Below, one piece after another: positions 49,820-60,254 of a stretch of DNA of 64,000 bases. The position numbers were made by a program, and so were the translations under genes. The DNA is taken from NCBI GenBank assembly GCA_963836755.1, contig CAWIKF010000002.1, forward strand, positions 1,824,001 to 1,888,000. The letters are read 5' to 3'. This stretch comes from an uncultured Verrucomicrobiae bacterium. GTDB taxonomy: Bacteria; Verrucomicrobiota; Verrucomicrobiia; Chthoniobacterales; Chthoniobacteraceae. The stretch's first letter is position 1; each line of letters starts with the position of its first letter. The notes under the pieces were generated by a model. It ran no database searches, was not told the DNA's origin, and saw nothing but the letters and a program-made list of their open reading frames with translations.

Positions 49820-51052
49820 TCAAAGATTGTTTTTGATGATTTGGAAAATCGCGGTGTTGTCCATGAAGGCTTTGAGATCGCGCGCTCCGGGGCCGATGCC
49901 CACACCGATTACGTCCTCGGCAAAGTTCAACGCAGCCGGCGCGTAAACGGCGGCGGGCTCCTTGGTCGCGGAATCTGGCGAGACTTTGGCCACGGCGCCG
50001 TTCGGACCGGAGGACCATGAGATTGCGGGGTAGCCGAATGGATTGATGCCGAGCAGGCCGACGCCGTGATCCTGCCGCAGCGGATAGCCATTCAACGTCA
50101 TGCCGCCAATTCCGCTTTTGCCGACCGCGAGAAGGAGAGTGTTTCCGCCGGAGTATTTCAACGCCGTCGCGATGGCGTGGTCGAATTCCACCGTTTCCGT
50201 GATCGTGTGCTCGCCGTCATTTTGCTCCGCCGCGCGGCTGATGAGTGCTGCATCGACGACGAGCAGATAACCTTTCGGATTCATCTGCAAAAATTGGATT
50301 GCTCGGCGCACCATGTCGGGAAGCGATGGTTGCTGGCTCCCGCTTTGAATCTCCGTGGAATACGGAAGATTTCCCGTCGCGAAAATTCCCACCCGCTGCG
50401 CCGCGGTAAAGATCGGCGCGTTTTCCAGATCAGCTTTTGAGCGAAAAATTTCGCGCCCGGCCTGCTTCATTTCGGTGAGTAAATCGCGGCCATCCTTCCG
50501 CCCTCCGCCGTTGGCCTCTGGCGTAAAATCATGTGCGCCGCCGCCCAGCGCGACATCGAGCCGGGTGCTGTCGGCAAACTGCGCGGCGATGTTTTCGATC
50601 TCATCGCTCTTTGAGGCGTGCGCATAAAATGCAGCGATGCCCGCGTCGGTGAGGCTGCTGTTTGTCACCACGCCGACGGCGCGCCCGCTCGCTTGCGCGA
50701 GTTCGATGATCGTTTTGAGCGGAGTGCCGCGAGGACTCATCGAGACGCTGCGATTATTAACTTTGACGCCAGTGGCGATCGCGCTGGCTGCAGCGGGGGA
50801 ATCGGGCACGGCGAAATCGCCTGCTTGATTTGAGAGCAGCGCGAGATACGGCAGCGACTCGAGTGTGAGTTTGTGGTCCGCGCCGCCCTCGTATAACCGC
50901 GCTGCAGTGAGATTTCCCGCAACGAGGCCGTCGCCGAGGAAGAGGATGATTCCAAAAGGTTTTTGCCGCACCCACTCGTGGAAATACAAAAAGCCGACGC
51001 CGAGAAAAACGAGCAGACAAAACAGCGCGAGCAATTGGTTGCGGAGCTTCAT
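49820..51052 (-). CDS. Alkaline phosphatase family protein with degenerate metal ligands
   Basis: LFLGDG, PDSPAAASAIATG, AAFYAH, EDV. Confidence 0.85.
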   Translation of the reverse strand: MKLRNQLLALFCLLVFLGVGFLYFHEWVRQKPFGIILFLGDGLVAGNLTAARLYEGGADHKLTLESLPYLALLSNQAGDFAVPDSPAAASAIATGVKVNNRSVSMSPRGTPLKTIIELAQASGRAVGVVTNSSLTDAGIAAFYAHASKSDEIENIAAQFADSTRLDVALGGGAHDFTPEANGGGRKDGRDLLTEMKQAGREIFRSKADLENAPIFTAAQRVGIFATGNLPYSTEIQSGSQQPSLPDMVRRAIQFLQMNPKGYLLVVDAALISRAAEQNDGEHTITETVEFDHAIATALKYSGGNTLLLAVGKSGIGGMTLNGYPLRQDHGVGLLGINPFGYPAISWSSGPNGAVAKVSPDSATKEPAAVYAPAALNFAEDVIGVGIGPGARDLKAFMDNTAIFQIIKNNL

Positions 51053-51182
51053 GCGACGGCGATGGGATGAAAAAAATTGGTCGCAGGGAAGAGCAAATGT
51101 TCCTCCGTCCGTTCATCGGTCGCGGGGGCACGGCGAGCCATTGAAATCAAAAACACCGGCCTGAGAAAGCGAACCGGCTCCG

Positions 51183-51198
51183 TGGCACGCAAGCAGCT
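51183..51198 (+). promoter_or_regulatory. Candidate sigma54 promoter
   Basis: TGGCACGCAAGCAGCT, GG-N10-GC. Confidence 0.5.
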
Positions 51199-51233
51199 TA
51201 GAGCATATGGAAATTATAAGAAACCTTCCTTCT

Positions 51234-51809
51234 ATGAAAAAAGCCCTTCTCCTTTTCCTCGCGCTCACTTCAGCTTCACAGCTTTGGGCGAGCATCCCTC
51301 TCGACCTCGGTTCACTCTCCGGCGGCACGCCTTACGATCGCTACATGACTCCGGTCAAGCAGGTCATAACCCATCTCGAAGGCGAGGAAACTTCAATGGC
51401 CCGCGTGCGTGAGCTGATGCATGTCGGCCGCAATTTTCGCTACTCATTTACCGATCCCTACGTCGCTGCGACCCCGCAAAAAACTGCGGAATTGCGTGCT
51501 GGCGATTGCAAAGCGAAGGCGCTCTGGCTGGCCGATCAGATGAACGATGAGTCGGTGCGTTTCGTCATTGGCAAAGCCCGCGCGACTTCGCGCCTAAGCC
51601 ACGCCTGGCTGATGTGGCAGCACGATTCGCGCTGGTATATCCTCGATTGCACCAACAATCGCGAGCCGATTCCGGCCGACCGCATCTCCGCGAGCGAATA
51701 CATCCCATTTTATTCCTACGCGAAGAACGGAACCTATTCGCACCAGGCGACGCAGCTTTACGCCGACTCTGGCGCACACAGGGGCTCAGCGGTTGCTTCT
51801 ACAAAATAG
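51234..51809 (+). CDS. Exported transglutaminase-like cysteine peptidase (host copy)
   Basis: Signal peptide; GDCKAKA, HAWL, ILDC. Confidence 0.8.
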   Translation: MKKALLLFLALTSASQLWASIPLDLGSLSGGTPYDRYMTPVKQVITHLEGEETSMARVRELMHVGRNFRYSFTDPYVAATPQKTAELRAGDCKAKALWLADQMNDESVRFVIGKARATSRLSHAWLMWQHDSRWYILDCTNNREPIPADRISASEYIPFYSYAKNGTYSHQATQLYADSGAHRGSAVASTK

Positions 51810-51825
51810 CTTTCATCTGGGCTGA

Positions 51826-52755
51826 CTACAGACGCCTCGGATCGGGTGATCCGGGGCGTTCTGTTTTTTTGGAGGAATCACCCGCAGCGTGAGCGTCAAT
51901 TTCCGGCGCCGCCGCATTCTGCGCGCCAAAGTAGCCGAGCAGATCAGCCAAAGTTCGGCGCAATTTTTTTCGATGCACGATCAGGTCGATGAGCCCGTGC
52001 TCCTCCAAAAATTCCGCAGTCTGAAATCCCGGGGGCAAATCCTGATGCGTGGTTTCGCGCACGACTCGCGGACCGGCGAAGCCGATCATCGCCTTCGGCT
52101 CCGCCAAAATGACGTCGCCAATCGTCGCGAAACTTGCGCTCACGCCGCCGGTCGTCGGATGCGTCAAAACTGAAATGTAAGCGAGCTGCGCCTGCGCATG
52201 AAGCGCAAGCGCGCCGCACGTTTTCGCCATTTGCATCAAACTGAGCGCGCCCTCATACATGCGCGCGCCGCCGCTCGCAGAAATGATGATCACCGGCATG
52301 CGCTCGTGAGTCGCTGTCTCGACGATGCGCGACAGTTTCTCGCCGACGACTGAGCCCATCGTCGCAGCGATGAAGTTAAAGTCCATCACCGCAATAGCGA
52401 TCGCGCAGCCTTCGATTTTTCCCGTGCCGGTGATGACGGCGTCCTTGAGACCGGTTTTTTTTTGGTAACTTTTCAGCCGATCCGTGTAGGTCGCCATGCC
52501 CTTGAATTTCAGCGTGTCCACGGAAACCATGGCGGCGTCATGCTCCTCAAACGTTTCAGGATCCAGCAAATGAGCGATGCGGTCGCGCGCGCTTTGCAAA
52601 AAATGGAAATCGCATTTCGGGCAAACCTGCTGGTTGGCAGCGAGCGCGAGATGATGGATGACTTCTCCGCAGCCGGGACACTTTTGAAAAAGGCCGCCGG
52701 GAAGGTCGCGCTTTTTCGAGTCGGAGTGAAAGTCTGGCTTTTTGAAAATTCCCAT
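51826..52755 (-). CDS. accD: Acetyl-CoA carboxylase carboxyltransferase beta subunit
   Basis: CPGC...CPKC Zn finger, SGGARM.EG, PTTGGVSASFA, IGFAGPRV. Confidence 0.96.
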   Translation of the reverse strand: MGIFKKPDFHSDSKKRDLPGGLFQKCPGCGEVIHHLALAANQQVCPKCDFHFLQSARDRIAHLLDPETFEEHDAAMVSVDTLKFKGMATYTDRLKSYQKKTGLKDAVITGTGKIEGCAIAIAVMDFNFIAATMGSVVGEKLSRIVETATHERMPVIIISASGGARMYEGALSLMQMAKTCGALALHAQAQLAYISVLTHPTTGGVSASFATIGDVILAEPKAMIGFAGPRVVRETTHQDLPPGFQTAEFLEEHGLIDLIVHRKKLRRTLADLLGYFGAQNAAAPEIDAHAAGDSSKKTERPGSPDPRRL

Positions 52756-52763
52756 TTTGCGTT

Positions 52764-53489
52764 TTAGCCGCGCGCGACGGTGATGGCGCGGATCGATGCG
52801 GCACCAGCATTCATGAGGACTCGCGCGCATTCGTCCACGGTCGAGCCAGTTGTCAGGACATCGTCAACAAGAACGAGATGGCGGCCGCTCACGTCGCCAC
52901 TTTCGCTCAATTCGAATGCGTTGCGCAAGTTTTCCATGCGCTCGCTGCGGTCGTGGCGCGTTTGCGTGGTCGTGTAGCGGACGCGCTCGAGGCAGTGGAG
53001 AATCGGCACGCCCGCGCGCGCCGCGACGAGCTCGGCAAGCACTGCGGCTTGGTTAAATTCGCGTTCGCGCTCGCGCAGTTTGTGCAGCGGCACGGGCACA
53101 AAGGCTTCCACGGGAATTGCCGTGATGCGGGCATCATCAAGCGTCTCCATCAGCCAATCCGCGAGCGGATGGCGCAGATGAAACTGGCGCTGATATTTGA
53201 ATCGATGGATCATCTCGCGCACGATTCCGCGGCTGAGAAAACATGAAACCGCGTGGGTAAAATGAAAGCTGCGCCCGGCGCAATTCGCACACGAGAATTC
53301 CTGTTCTATCGCGCCATCGAAACGTTCGGAGCAGGTTTCACAAAACGGCCGTCGGATTCGTCGCGCGCTGCCGCGGCACGGTTCGCATAAATATTCGCCC
53401 GGTGCCAAAGTTGCCGCGCATCGCTCGCAGCGCGCCGGATAAAACAGCGAGGAGAGCGCGTGAACGGATTGTTTAATTAGCGTCAACAT
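52764..53489 (-). CDS. comF: ComF family protein
   Basis: Double Zn ribbon, PVPLH, FNQA, LVDDVLTTGST. Confidence 0.9.
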   Translation of the reverse strand: MLTLIKQSVHALSSLFYPARCERCAATLAPGEYLCEPCRGSARRIRRPFCETCSERFDGAIEQEFSCANCAGRSFHFTHAVSCFLSRGIVREMIHRFKYQRQFHLRHPLADWLMETLDDARITAIPVEAFVPVPLHKLREREREFNQAAVLAELVAARAGVPILHCLERVRYTTTQTRHDRSERMENLRNAFELSESGDVSGRHLVLVDDVLTTGSTVDECARVLMNAGAASIRAITVARG

Positions 53490-54369
53490 CGCGCAGCCAG
53501 AACCAGACGACGGCCGCTGTGAGCAGCAGGATGATCACCGGACCGAAACCGACCAGCATGTCCGATCCGAACCACGGCCACGCCTCGCCGGTGCGTTTCG
53601 TCATTTTGCTGAAACTCATCTTGCCGAGAATCCACCCGGCGTGCAGCCCGATCGGCATCCAGAGCGAGCGCGTGCGGACGCGCGCGTAGCCGAGGATCAG
53701 GCCGACGAGAAAAAGAGTGGTCAAACCACCGAGTAAAAGTTGCGGCCGCTCGAACTGCCAGAACGCCTGCGGCACGAGCGCGAGGCCAGACCACCACGAT
53801 ACGTTCGTGGCGGCGACGACGTTTTCGGGAGGCTTCAAAAAATGCACTGCCGCAAAAAGTGCAGCGACGAAAACCATCGAGAATCCATCCGTCGCCGTGC
53901 GCTGCACCACGCCTTGCAGCGCGCCGCGAAACAGCCATTCCTCCATCACCGCCACGACGAACGCCGTCAGCGGCAGCCACGCGATTCGAGTCCACGGCAC
54001 CGCATCCTTTATATAATAGAGGCTCGTGCCGATGAGCGCGCCAGCCAGCAGAATCAGCGACGCCAGCGCGAGGATGAAGCCGAAGAGAAAATGTTTACGC
54101 GCGTGCCGATCGCGCCGCAGGCCGAGGTCTTCGCCGAAATTGCGGATGTGCAAAGAACGCACGAGCGGCCACAGCAGCACGATTGCCGCGACCAAAATTG
54201 CGCGATCGAAAAAGCGCTGGAAATCGGTTTTCGCAAGAAAATCTGCGATCCATCGGGTGCCGATGCCGTGCGAAATTTCGCCCGCACCCCAAAACAGCAA
54301 AGGCGCCAGCAATGCGCCGACGAGCACAGTGCCGACGAAGTAGAGCAAAATTTTCCCGATGTCTTTCAA
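53473..54369 (-). CDS. CPBP (CAAX/Abi) intramembrane metalloprotease
   Basis: EEWLFRG, FAAVH, IGLHAGW. Confidence 0.9.
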   Translation of the reverse strand: MKDIGKILLYFVGTVLVGALLAPLLFWGAGEISHGIGTRWIADFLAKTDFQRFFDRAILVAAIVLLWPLVRSLHIRNFGEDLGLRRDRHARKHFLFGFILALASLILLAGALIGTSLYYIKDAVPWTRIAWLPLTAFVVAVMEEWLFRGALQGVVQRTATDGFSMVFVAALFAAVHFLKPPENVVAATNVSWWSGLALVPQAFWQFERPQLLLGGLTTLFLVGLILGYARVRTRSLWMPIGLHAGWILGKMSFSKMTKRTGEAWPWFGSDMLVGFGPVIILLLTAAVVWFWLRDVDAN

Positions 54370-54421
54370 GGCGGCGGATAGTAAAACAGCTGTCGCTCAT
54401 CCGAAAACCGAAATCCGCAAA

Positions 54422-54679
54422 ATGCCAAACGAACACACTTGGAAAGAAAGCACCGCCGACGGCGAGAAACGCGAAGTCCGCGCCGTGAAATTCGGCGGCG
54501 CATGGCGCATTCAATCGAAGCTCAAGGGCGACGACCGCTGGACTTATCACGAGCCGCCGCGCATCGAGGATTTGCGCGAATTGCGCGATCTTCTTTTTCG
54601 CAAATACCAACGCCGACGCGCAACTTATGAGGAGTGGCAGGACATCGATAAAATCGTGCAGCGGCTGGAGCGCGAATGA
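54422..54679 (+). CDS. Hypothetical protein
   Basis: 85-aa ORF coupled to bioA. Confidence 0.6.
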   Translation: MPNEHTWKESTADGEKREVRAVKFGGAWRIQSKLKGDDRWTYHEPPRIEDLRELRDLLFRKYQRRRATYEEWQDIDKIVQRLERE

Positions 54680-55965
54680 ACGACGCGCGCACCGAGGCGC
54701 TCGCGGCGGCGGACAAAAAATTCCTGTGGCATCCATTCACGCAAATGCGCGACTGGTGCGCGGCTGAGCACGATCCGCTCGTGCTTGTGTCAGGCCACGG
54801 CGCACTTTTGCGCGACAGCGCCGGCCGCGAATACATCGACGGCAACTCGTCGATCTGGACGAATCTCCACGGGCACAATCATCCGAAAATCAACGCCGCG
54901 ATCCGCGCGCAACTCGAGGAAGTCGCGCACACCTCGTTTCTCGGTTTCACGAATCCGCGCGCGATCGACCTCGCGCAAGAGCTTGTAAAACTTGTGTCGC
55001 CGGAAACTTTGACGCGCGTATTTTTTTCCGATAACGGCTCCACCGCCATTGAAGTCGCGATCAAAATGGCAGTGCAATATTTCCAACTCCGACGCGAGCC
55101 GCAGCGCTCGCGCTTTATCGCATTCGCCGATGCCTATCATGGCGACACGCTCGGCGCGGCCAGCCTCGGCGGAGTGCCACTTTTTCACCAGCGGTTCGCG
55201 GCGCATTGCTTTCCGGTCGAGCGCGTCGATTGCGTCGCAGCGTTAAACGATACGGAACAGCCTGAAGCGGTCGCCGCCGTTGTGATCGAGCCGCTAATCC
55301 AGGGTGCCGCCGGCATGAAACTTTGGCCGCCGGGGATGCTGGCGGAAGTGCGCGCGTGGTGCGACCGGCACGGCGCGCTCCTCATTTGCGACGAAGTGAT
55401 GACCGGCTTCGGACGCACTGGCGCAATGTTCGCCTGCCAACGCGAAGGCGTTGCGCCCGATTTTCTGGCGTTGGCCAAAGGCTTGAGCGGAGGCTATGTG
55501 CCGCTCGCCGCGACGCTGACGACGTCAAAAATCTTCGGGGCGTTTCTGGGGGACGCGCATAAGACATTTTACTACGGGCACAGCTACGCGGGAAATGCGA
55601 TCGGCTGTGCGGCAGCGCTCGCAAGTCTCGAGATTTTTCGCGAGGAAAAAACGCTCGCGAATTTGCAGCCCAAAATAGCACGGATGCACGACTTGCTGGA
55701 GTCGCTGGCGCAAAACAAAAATGTTCGCGCGGTTCGTCAATGCGGCTTCATCGCAGGAATCGATGTCATCCGCCAGGACGGCGTGGCGTTTGATCCTGTC
55801 GACCAAATCGGCGCGAAAATTTGTGTCGCGGCGCGGCGCCACGGACTGCTCACGCGGCCGATCCGCGACACGCTCGTGCTCATGCCGCCGTATTGCATCG
55901 ACGAGGCGCAATTGCGCCGTGCGGTCTCGGCGCTGGAGGAGGGGATTGTGGAAGTTTGCAACTAA
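54676..55965 (+). CDS. bioA: Adenosylmethionine-8-amino-7-oxononanoate transaminase
   Basis: WHPFTQM, YHGDT, DEVMTGFGRTG, AKGLSGGY.PL. Confidence 0.93.
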   Translation: MNDARTEALAAADKKFLWHPFTQMRDWCAAEHDPLVLVSGHGALLRDSAGREYIDGNSSIWTNLHGHNHPKINAAIRAQLEEVAHTSFLGFTNPRAIDLAQELVKLVSPETLTRVFFSDNGSTAIEVAIKMAVQYFQLRREPQRSRFIAFADAYHGDTLGAASLGGVPLFHQRFAAHCFPVERVDCVAALNDTEQPEAVAAVVIEPLIQGAAGMKLWPPGMLAEVRAWCDRHGALLICDEVMTGFGRTGAMFACQREGVAPDFLALAKGLSGGYVPLAATLTTSKIFGAFLGDAHKTFYYGHSYAGNAIGCAAALASLEIFREEKTLANLQPKIARMHDLLESLAQNKNVRAVRQCGFIAGIDVIRQDGVAFDPVDQIGAKICVAARRHGLLTRPIRDTLVLMPPYCIDEAQLRRAVSALEEGIVEVCN

Positions 55966-57191
55966 ACGCGCCGAAACTTTGCCGCGAAAGCGCCGTCGAT
56001 TTCATCGCGAAAAGGAAGCGTCTGCCGCGACTCGACAAATTCCAGCTCTGGAATTTCCCGGTTCACGCGAGCGACGATTTCCTCATTTTCCTCCGGCTCA
56101 ATGCTGCACGTGCTGTAAACAAGAATGCCGCCTTTGTGTAACAATGAGAAAAGCGCCCTCAAAAGCGCAATCTGCTCTCCTTGCATGCGCAAGAACTCTC
56201 CCGGTGAAAGGCGCCAGCGCACATCCACACGGCGACGGATTACGCCCGTGTTGCTGCACGGGGCATCGAGCAGGATGCGGTCAAATTTTTGCGGCAAACC
56301 TTTCGGCGCGCGCAGCCAATCCACCAACTGCGTCCGTGTGTTTTCCACGCCCAGCCGCCGCAGATTATGTTCGAGCCGCCCGAGCCGGCGCGCGGAGGCG
56401 TCGCACGCGAGGATAGAGCCTTCGTTGCGCATCAACTGCGCGAGATAGCTCGTTTTCCCGCCGGGCGCTGCACATGCATCCAGCACGGTTTCGCCCGGCT
56501 GCGGATCGAGCAATTCGCACGCGGCGAGCGTGCTCGGATCCTGCACATAGCAGAGTCCCTGCATGATCCACGGCAGCGGCAATTTTTCCACCCGCAGCAT
56601 CAGCGGATGCTCGAGCGGAGAGGCTTCGGCGCTGCTGAGAAGCTCGCCGCGCGTGACTTTCAGCTCGTTTGTTCGCACGAACATTTCAGCCGGCTCGTTG
56701 TTCCAGACGCAAAGGCGCTCGGTGTTTTTTTCTTCGAAATGTGCGCGCCAGCGGGTCACCAGCGTCTCGGGATGTGAAAAACGGACATCGATCGGAGCGT
56801 TTACAATTTGTTGCGTCAAAGTTTGCTCCTCGCGAATGCTGCGACGCAGGATTGCATTGACCAAAGGCCGCGCGCGACCGGCCAGCTGCACCGTCTCATT
56901 GACCGCTGCGTGATGCGGCACGCGCATGCGAAAAATTTGGTAAAGTCCCAGCCGCAAGACCTGTCGTGCGTCGTTGTCGATGTCGCCCTCGCGCAATTGC
57001 GCGATCAAAAAATCGAGCAGCCGCTTGTTGCGGATGACGCCGTAAAAAAGTTCAGTCAGCAGCGCGCGATCCAGCGGATTGAAAGACGCAGCGTTCAGCA
57101 GCGCATGCAAGATTTCGTCGGCGAACTCGCGGGATTTTTCCCAGCGAGAGAGCGCTTCGAGGCAGGCTACTCGTGGATTTGCACGGTGCAT
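55962..57191 (-). CDS. rsmB: 16S rRNA m5C967 methyltransferase
   Basis: NusB-like N-terminus, DACAAPGGKT, DAPCS.TG, YSTCS. Confidence 0.92.
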   Translation of the reverse strand: MHRANPRVACLEALSRWEKSREFADEILHALLNAASFNPLDRALLTELFYGVIRNKRLLDFLIAQLREGDIDNDARQVLRLGLYQIFRMRVPHHAAVNETVQLAGRARPLVNAILRRSIREEQTLTQQIVNAPIDVRFSHPETLVTRWRAHFEEKNTERLCVWNNEPAEMFVRTNELKVTRGELLSSAEASPLEHPLMLRVEKLPLPWIMQGLCYVQDPSTLAACELLDPQPGETVLDACAAPGGKTSYLAQLMRNEGSILACDASARRLGRLEHNLRRLGVENTRTQLVDWLRAPKGLPQKFDRILLDAPCSNTGVIRRRVDVRWRLSPGEFLRMQGEQIALLRALFSLLHKGGILVYSTCSIEPEENEEIVARVNREIPELEFVESRQTLPFRDEIDGAFAAKFRRV

Positions 57192-57239
57192 GGCGCGAGT
57201 GTGAAGCTCGCAGAAGCCGCGCGCGTTGCCACTGAAATT

Positions 57240-57521
57240 CTACGCCGGATTCACGCGAACTTTTTCTTTTTGATCGTCGCAGTCGGACTGCAAACGGCGC
57301 AATTCGCTGCGAAGCTGCTGCTCGATTTTTTCCACTTCATCGAACTGCCCGGCCTCGCGTGCTTTCCTGATTTGATCATGCAGAAAAAGTTCGCGCTCCG
57401 CGATGCGTGCCTTGAACGTCGATTCGATTTCCGCGATTTTTTCTTTTTGCGCCGCGCTGATTTTTGCGGTGGGCGATTGCTTTTCGAGCCGTTCCATTGC
57501 GAGTTCGTAAGCGGATTTCAT
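57240..57521 (-). CDS. Conserved hypothetical coiled-coil protein
   Basis: MKSAYELAMER start. Confidence 0.7.
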   Translation of the reverse strand: MKSAYELAMERLEKQSPTAKISAAQKEKIAEIESTFKARIAERELFLHDQIRKAREAGQFDEVEKIEQQLRSELRRLQSDCDDQKEKVRVNPA

Positions 57522-57583
57522 GAAGAAACCTTTGCCCGTTGCCTTGCCGGATTCAACTTTTAAAAGTAAAGCTTTCGGCCCGC

Positions 57584-58375
57584 ATGATCCGACTTCTTTC
57601 CACCGATTTTGACGGCACGCTCGTCAGCCATTTCGCCCGGCCGCCAGTCGCGCCGGAGCTTTTCACGCTGCTGCGGGAGCTGCAGAAAGATGGCGTCCGC
57701 TGGGCGATCAATACCGGTCGCGAGCTCGATCACATTGTCGCCGGGCTGCAGGAGTTTTCTTTTCCCATTGAGCCCGATTTTGTGCTGACAAGTGAACGCG
57801 ATGTTTTTCGCAAGGTGGCCGCGGGTCAAGGCTGGGAGCCGTTCGGCGACTGGAACGAGCGCTGCGGCCGCGCGCATGATGACCTGTTTGCGCAGGCGCA
57901 GCCGCTGTTGAAACGAATCCTCGATTTTATAAAAAGCGAAACGCGAGCTCAGACGATTTATGAAGGTTCGCGACCTGTCGGATTGATCGCGGAAAATGAA
58001 GTCGAGATGGATCGCATCGTCGCGTTCGTCGAGATCGCGCGCGAAGAGATGCGGGTTTTTTCCTATCAGCGGAACACGGAGTATCTGCGGTTTTGCCATG
58101 CCGATTATTCCAAAGGCGCAGCGCTCGGTGAGTTGGGGCGTCTGCTCGGGATTTCGCGCGATGAAACTTTCGCGGCAGGCGATCATCATAACGACATCCC
58201 GATGCTCGATGGCGTGTTCGCGCGCTGGATTGCATGTCCGTCAAACTCGGCGGATGCCGTGAAAGAAACGGTGCGCGCCGCGAATGGATACGTCGCGCGC
58301 GAGGCAGCGAGTCGGGGCGTCACGGAAGCGCTGCATTATTTTCTAAGCCGTCAAACGCTCGCGGCGACCACGTGA
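57584..58375 (+). CDS. HAD-IIB family hydrolase
   Basis: DFDGTL, NTGR, KG, GDHHND. Confidence 0.9.
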   Translation: MIRLLSTDFDGTLVSHFARPPVAPELFTLLRELQKDGVRWAINTGRELDHIVAGLQEFSFPIEPDFVLTSERDVFRKVAAGQGWEPFGDWNERCGRAHDDLFAQAQPLLKRILDFIKSETRAQTIYEGSRPVGLIAENEVEMDRIVAFVEIAREEMRVFSYQRNTEYLRFCHADYSKGAALGELGRLLGISRDETFAAGDHHNDIPMLDGVFARWIACPSNSADAVKETVRAANGYVAREAASRGVTEALHYFLSRQTLAATT

Positions 58376-58431
58376 CCAATGGCGGCGGCGTTGACAGGAG
58401 ACGTCGTGTGGGACAGCGTCAGCGATTCATC

Positions 58432-58875
58432 ATGCCGAAGAAATGCGCGAAATATGGCGCCCTCAAATTGCTCGGAAAATCGGTTTCGCAGTATCCGGCG
58501 GCGCCGCTGGCAGCGACCCTTGACACCTTTCCAAATGTGCATGCTCGCCGCGATTATTGGATCCGATTTGACTGCGCGGAGTTTACTTCGATGTGCCCTG
58601 TAACCGGGCAGCCGGACTTTGCAAGGATCACGATTGATTACGTGCCAGAGCGCCTCTGCGTGGAGACAAAGTCCTTGAAGTTCTATTTGGCATCTTATCG
58701 CCAAACGAAAAGCTTCAACGAAGAAATCGTCAATCGGATCCTTGAAGATCTTGTCACCGCGTGTAAGCCACGGCGCGCGTTGGTGCACGGAGCTTTCGCG
58801 GCGCGCGGAGGCATTAGTGTCACTGTGGATGCGGCTTATCCAGATGACCTTTTGAAGACCCAGAGACCTTCGTGA
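58432..58875 (+). CDS. queF: PreQ0 reductase
   Basis: EFTSMCPVTGQPDFA, ETKSLKFY. Confidence 0.95.
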   Translation: MPKKCAKYGALKLLGKSVSQYPAAPLAATLDTFPNVHARRDYWIRFDCAEFTSMCPVTGQPDFARITIDYVPERLCVETKSLKFYLASYRQTKSFNEEIVNRILEDLVTACKPRRALVHGAFAARGGISVTVDAAYPDDLLKTQRPS

Positions 58876-59564
58876 AAAAAGTCGTAGTGCTGCTCAGTGG
58901 CGGACTGGATTCCGTCACAGCCTTGTATGATGCGAAGCAGCGATATGATGTGCTTGCGGCAATCAGCTTCGACTATCACTCGAAGCATAATGACAAGGAA
59001 CTTCCCGAAGCCGCATATCATTGTATGAAACTAAGTATCCCTCATCAAATCATCGCGCTCGGTTTTGTCGGAGACCTTTATAAGTCTGACCTGTTAAAAA
59101 CCGGCGGAAGTATCCCTGATGGGCACTACGAAGAGCCATCGATGAAGGCAACGGTGGTTCCGTTTCGCAATGGAATCATGCTGGCAGTTGCTACGGGTTT
59201 TGCGGAAAGCTGCGGAGCCGATGCGCTGTCGATCGCGGCGCATGCGGGAGACCATGCAATTTATCCCGATTGCCGCGAAACATTCATGAAGGCGATGGCG
59301 GATGCGATAAAGTTTGGGACCTATGCGGAAATCGAACTGTTAAGACCTTTTATTTCCATGACCAAGGCGGAAATAGTTTCGCGTGGGAGCAGCTTGGGCC
59401 TCGACTTTTCGCGCACCTGGTCTTGCTACAAGGGAGGTGATCTCCATTGTGGCACTTGTGGAACCTGTATCGAGCGTCGAGAAGCATTTTTGCTGGCCCG
59501 AATTCCTGATCCGACTGTCTACGAAACTGCCGCGCCTTTGCCGCCAAAGCCCGTAGCATGCTGA
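58872..59564 (+). CDS. queC: 7-cyano-7-deazaguanine synthase
   Basis: SGGLDS, VPFRN, YPDCR, TWSCY...HCGTCGTC. Confidence 0.96.
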   Translation: MKKVVVLLSGGLDSVTALYDAKQRYDVLAAISFDYHSKHNDKELPEAAYHCMKLSIPHQIIALGFVGDLYKSDLLKTGGSIPDGHYEEPSMKATVVPFRNGIMLAVATGFAESCGADALSIAAHAGDHAIYPDCRETFMKAMADAIKFGTYAEIELLRPFISMTKAEIVSRGSSLGLDFSRTWSCYKGGDLHCGTCGTCIERREAFLLARIPDPTVYETAAPLPPKPVAC

Positions 59565-60253
59565 TCTCAGAGGTTTTTTATTCGATCCAAGGGGAAGGAG
59601 AACTTACTGGAGTGCCGTCCGTGTTCATCCGCACTTCCGGCTGCAATTTGCGCTGCACATGGTGTGACACCAAATACAGTTCGTGGTTTCCGGAAGGAGA
59701 AGACTTATCCATCTCCGAGATCGTCGATCAGGTGGAAACCCATCGAGCGCGGCATTGTGTATTAACTGGCGGTGAGCCGATGATTGCCAAAGGAATCCGT
59801 GAACTTGCGGAACGTTTGCACAAGCTGGGCCTGCACGTCACGATTGAAACAGCTGGAACTTTGATGCCATCAGAAATCGCTTGCGACCTTGCTTCCATAA
59901 GTCCAAAGCTTTCGACTTCGACGCCTGATGAGGCAGAGATCGGCTCAGGTTGGTCCCAGCGCCATGAGGATCGACGGTTGCAACCTGAGGTTTTACGGCA
60001 ATGGATCGATGAATATCCCTACCAACTAAAGTTTGTAGTGAAGGAGCGTCAAGATTTGGTGGAGATACAAGAGCTTCTGAGGCTGATTGATCGACCTATT
60101 CCGGCGGAGAAGATTTTGTTGATGCCGGAAGGGGTTGACCCAGCGAGCTTGCAAGCCCGTAGTGAGTTGCTCGTCGAGCTATGCAAGACGCATGGCTACA
60201 GGTTGTGCACGCGATTGCACATTGACTTGTTTGGGAATAGGAAGGGGACCTGA
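59558..60253 (+). CDS. queE: 7-carboxy-7-deazaguanine synthase (radical SAM)
   Basis: SIQGEG, CNLRCTWCDT, TGGEP. Confidence 0.95.
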   Translation: MLISEVFYSIQGEGELTGVPSVFIRTSGCNLRCTWCDTKYSSWFPEGEDLSISEIVDQVETHRARHCVLTGGEPMIAKGIRELAERLHKLGLHVTIETAGTLMPSEIACDLASISPKLSTSTPDEAEIGSGWSQRHEDRRLQPEVLRQWIDEYPYQLKFVVKERQDLVEIQELLRLIDRPIPAEKILLMPEGVDPASLQARSELLVELCKTHGYRLCTRLHIDLFGNRKGT

Positions 60254-60254
60254 C

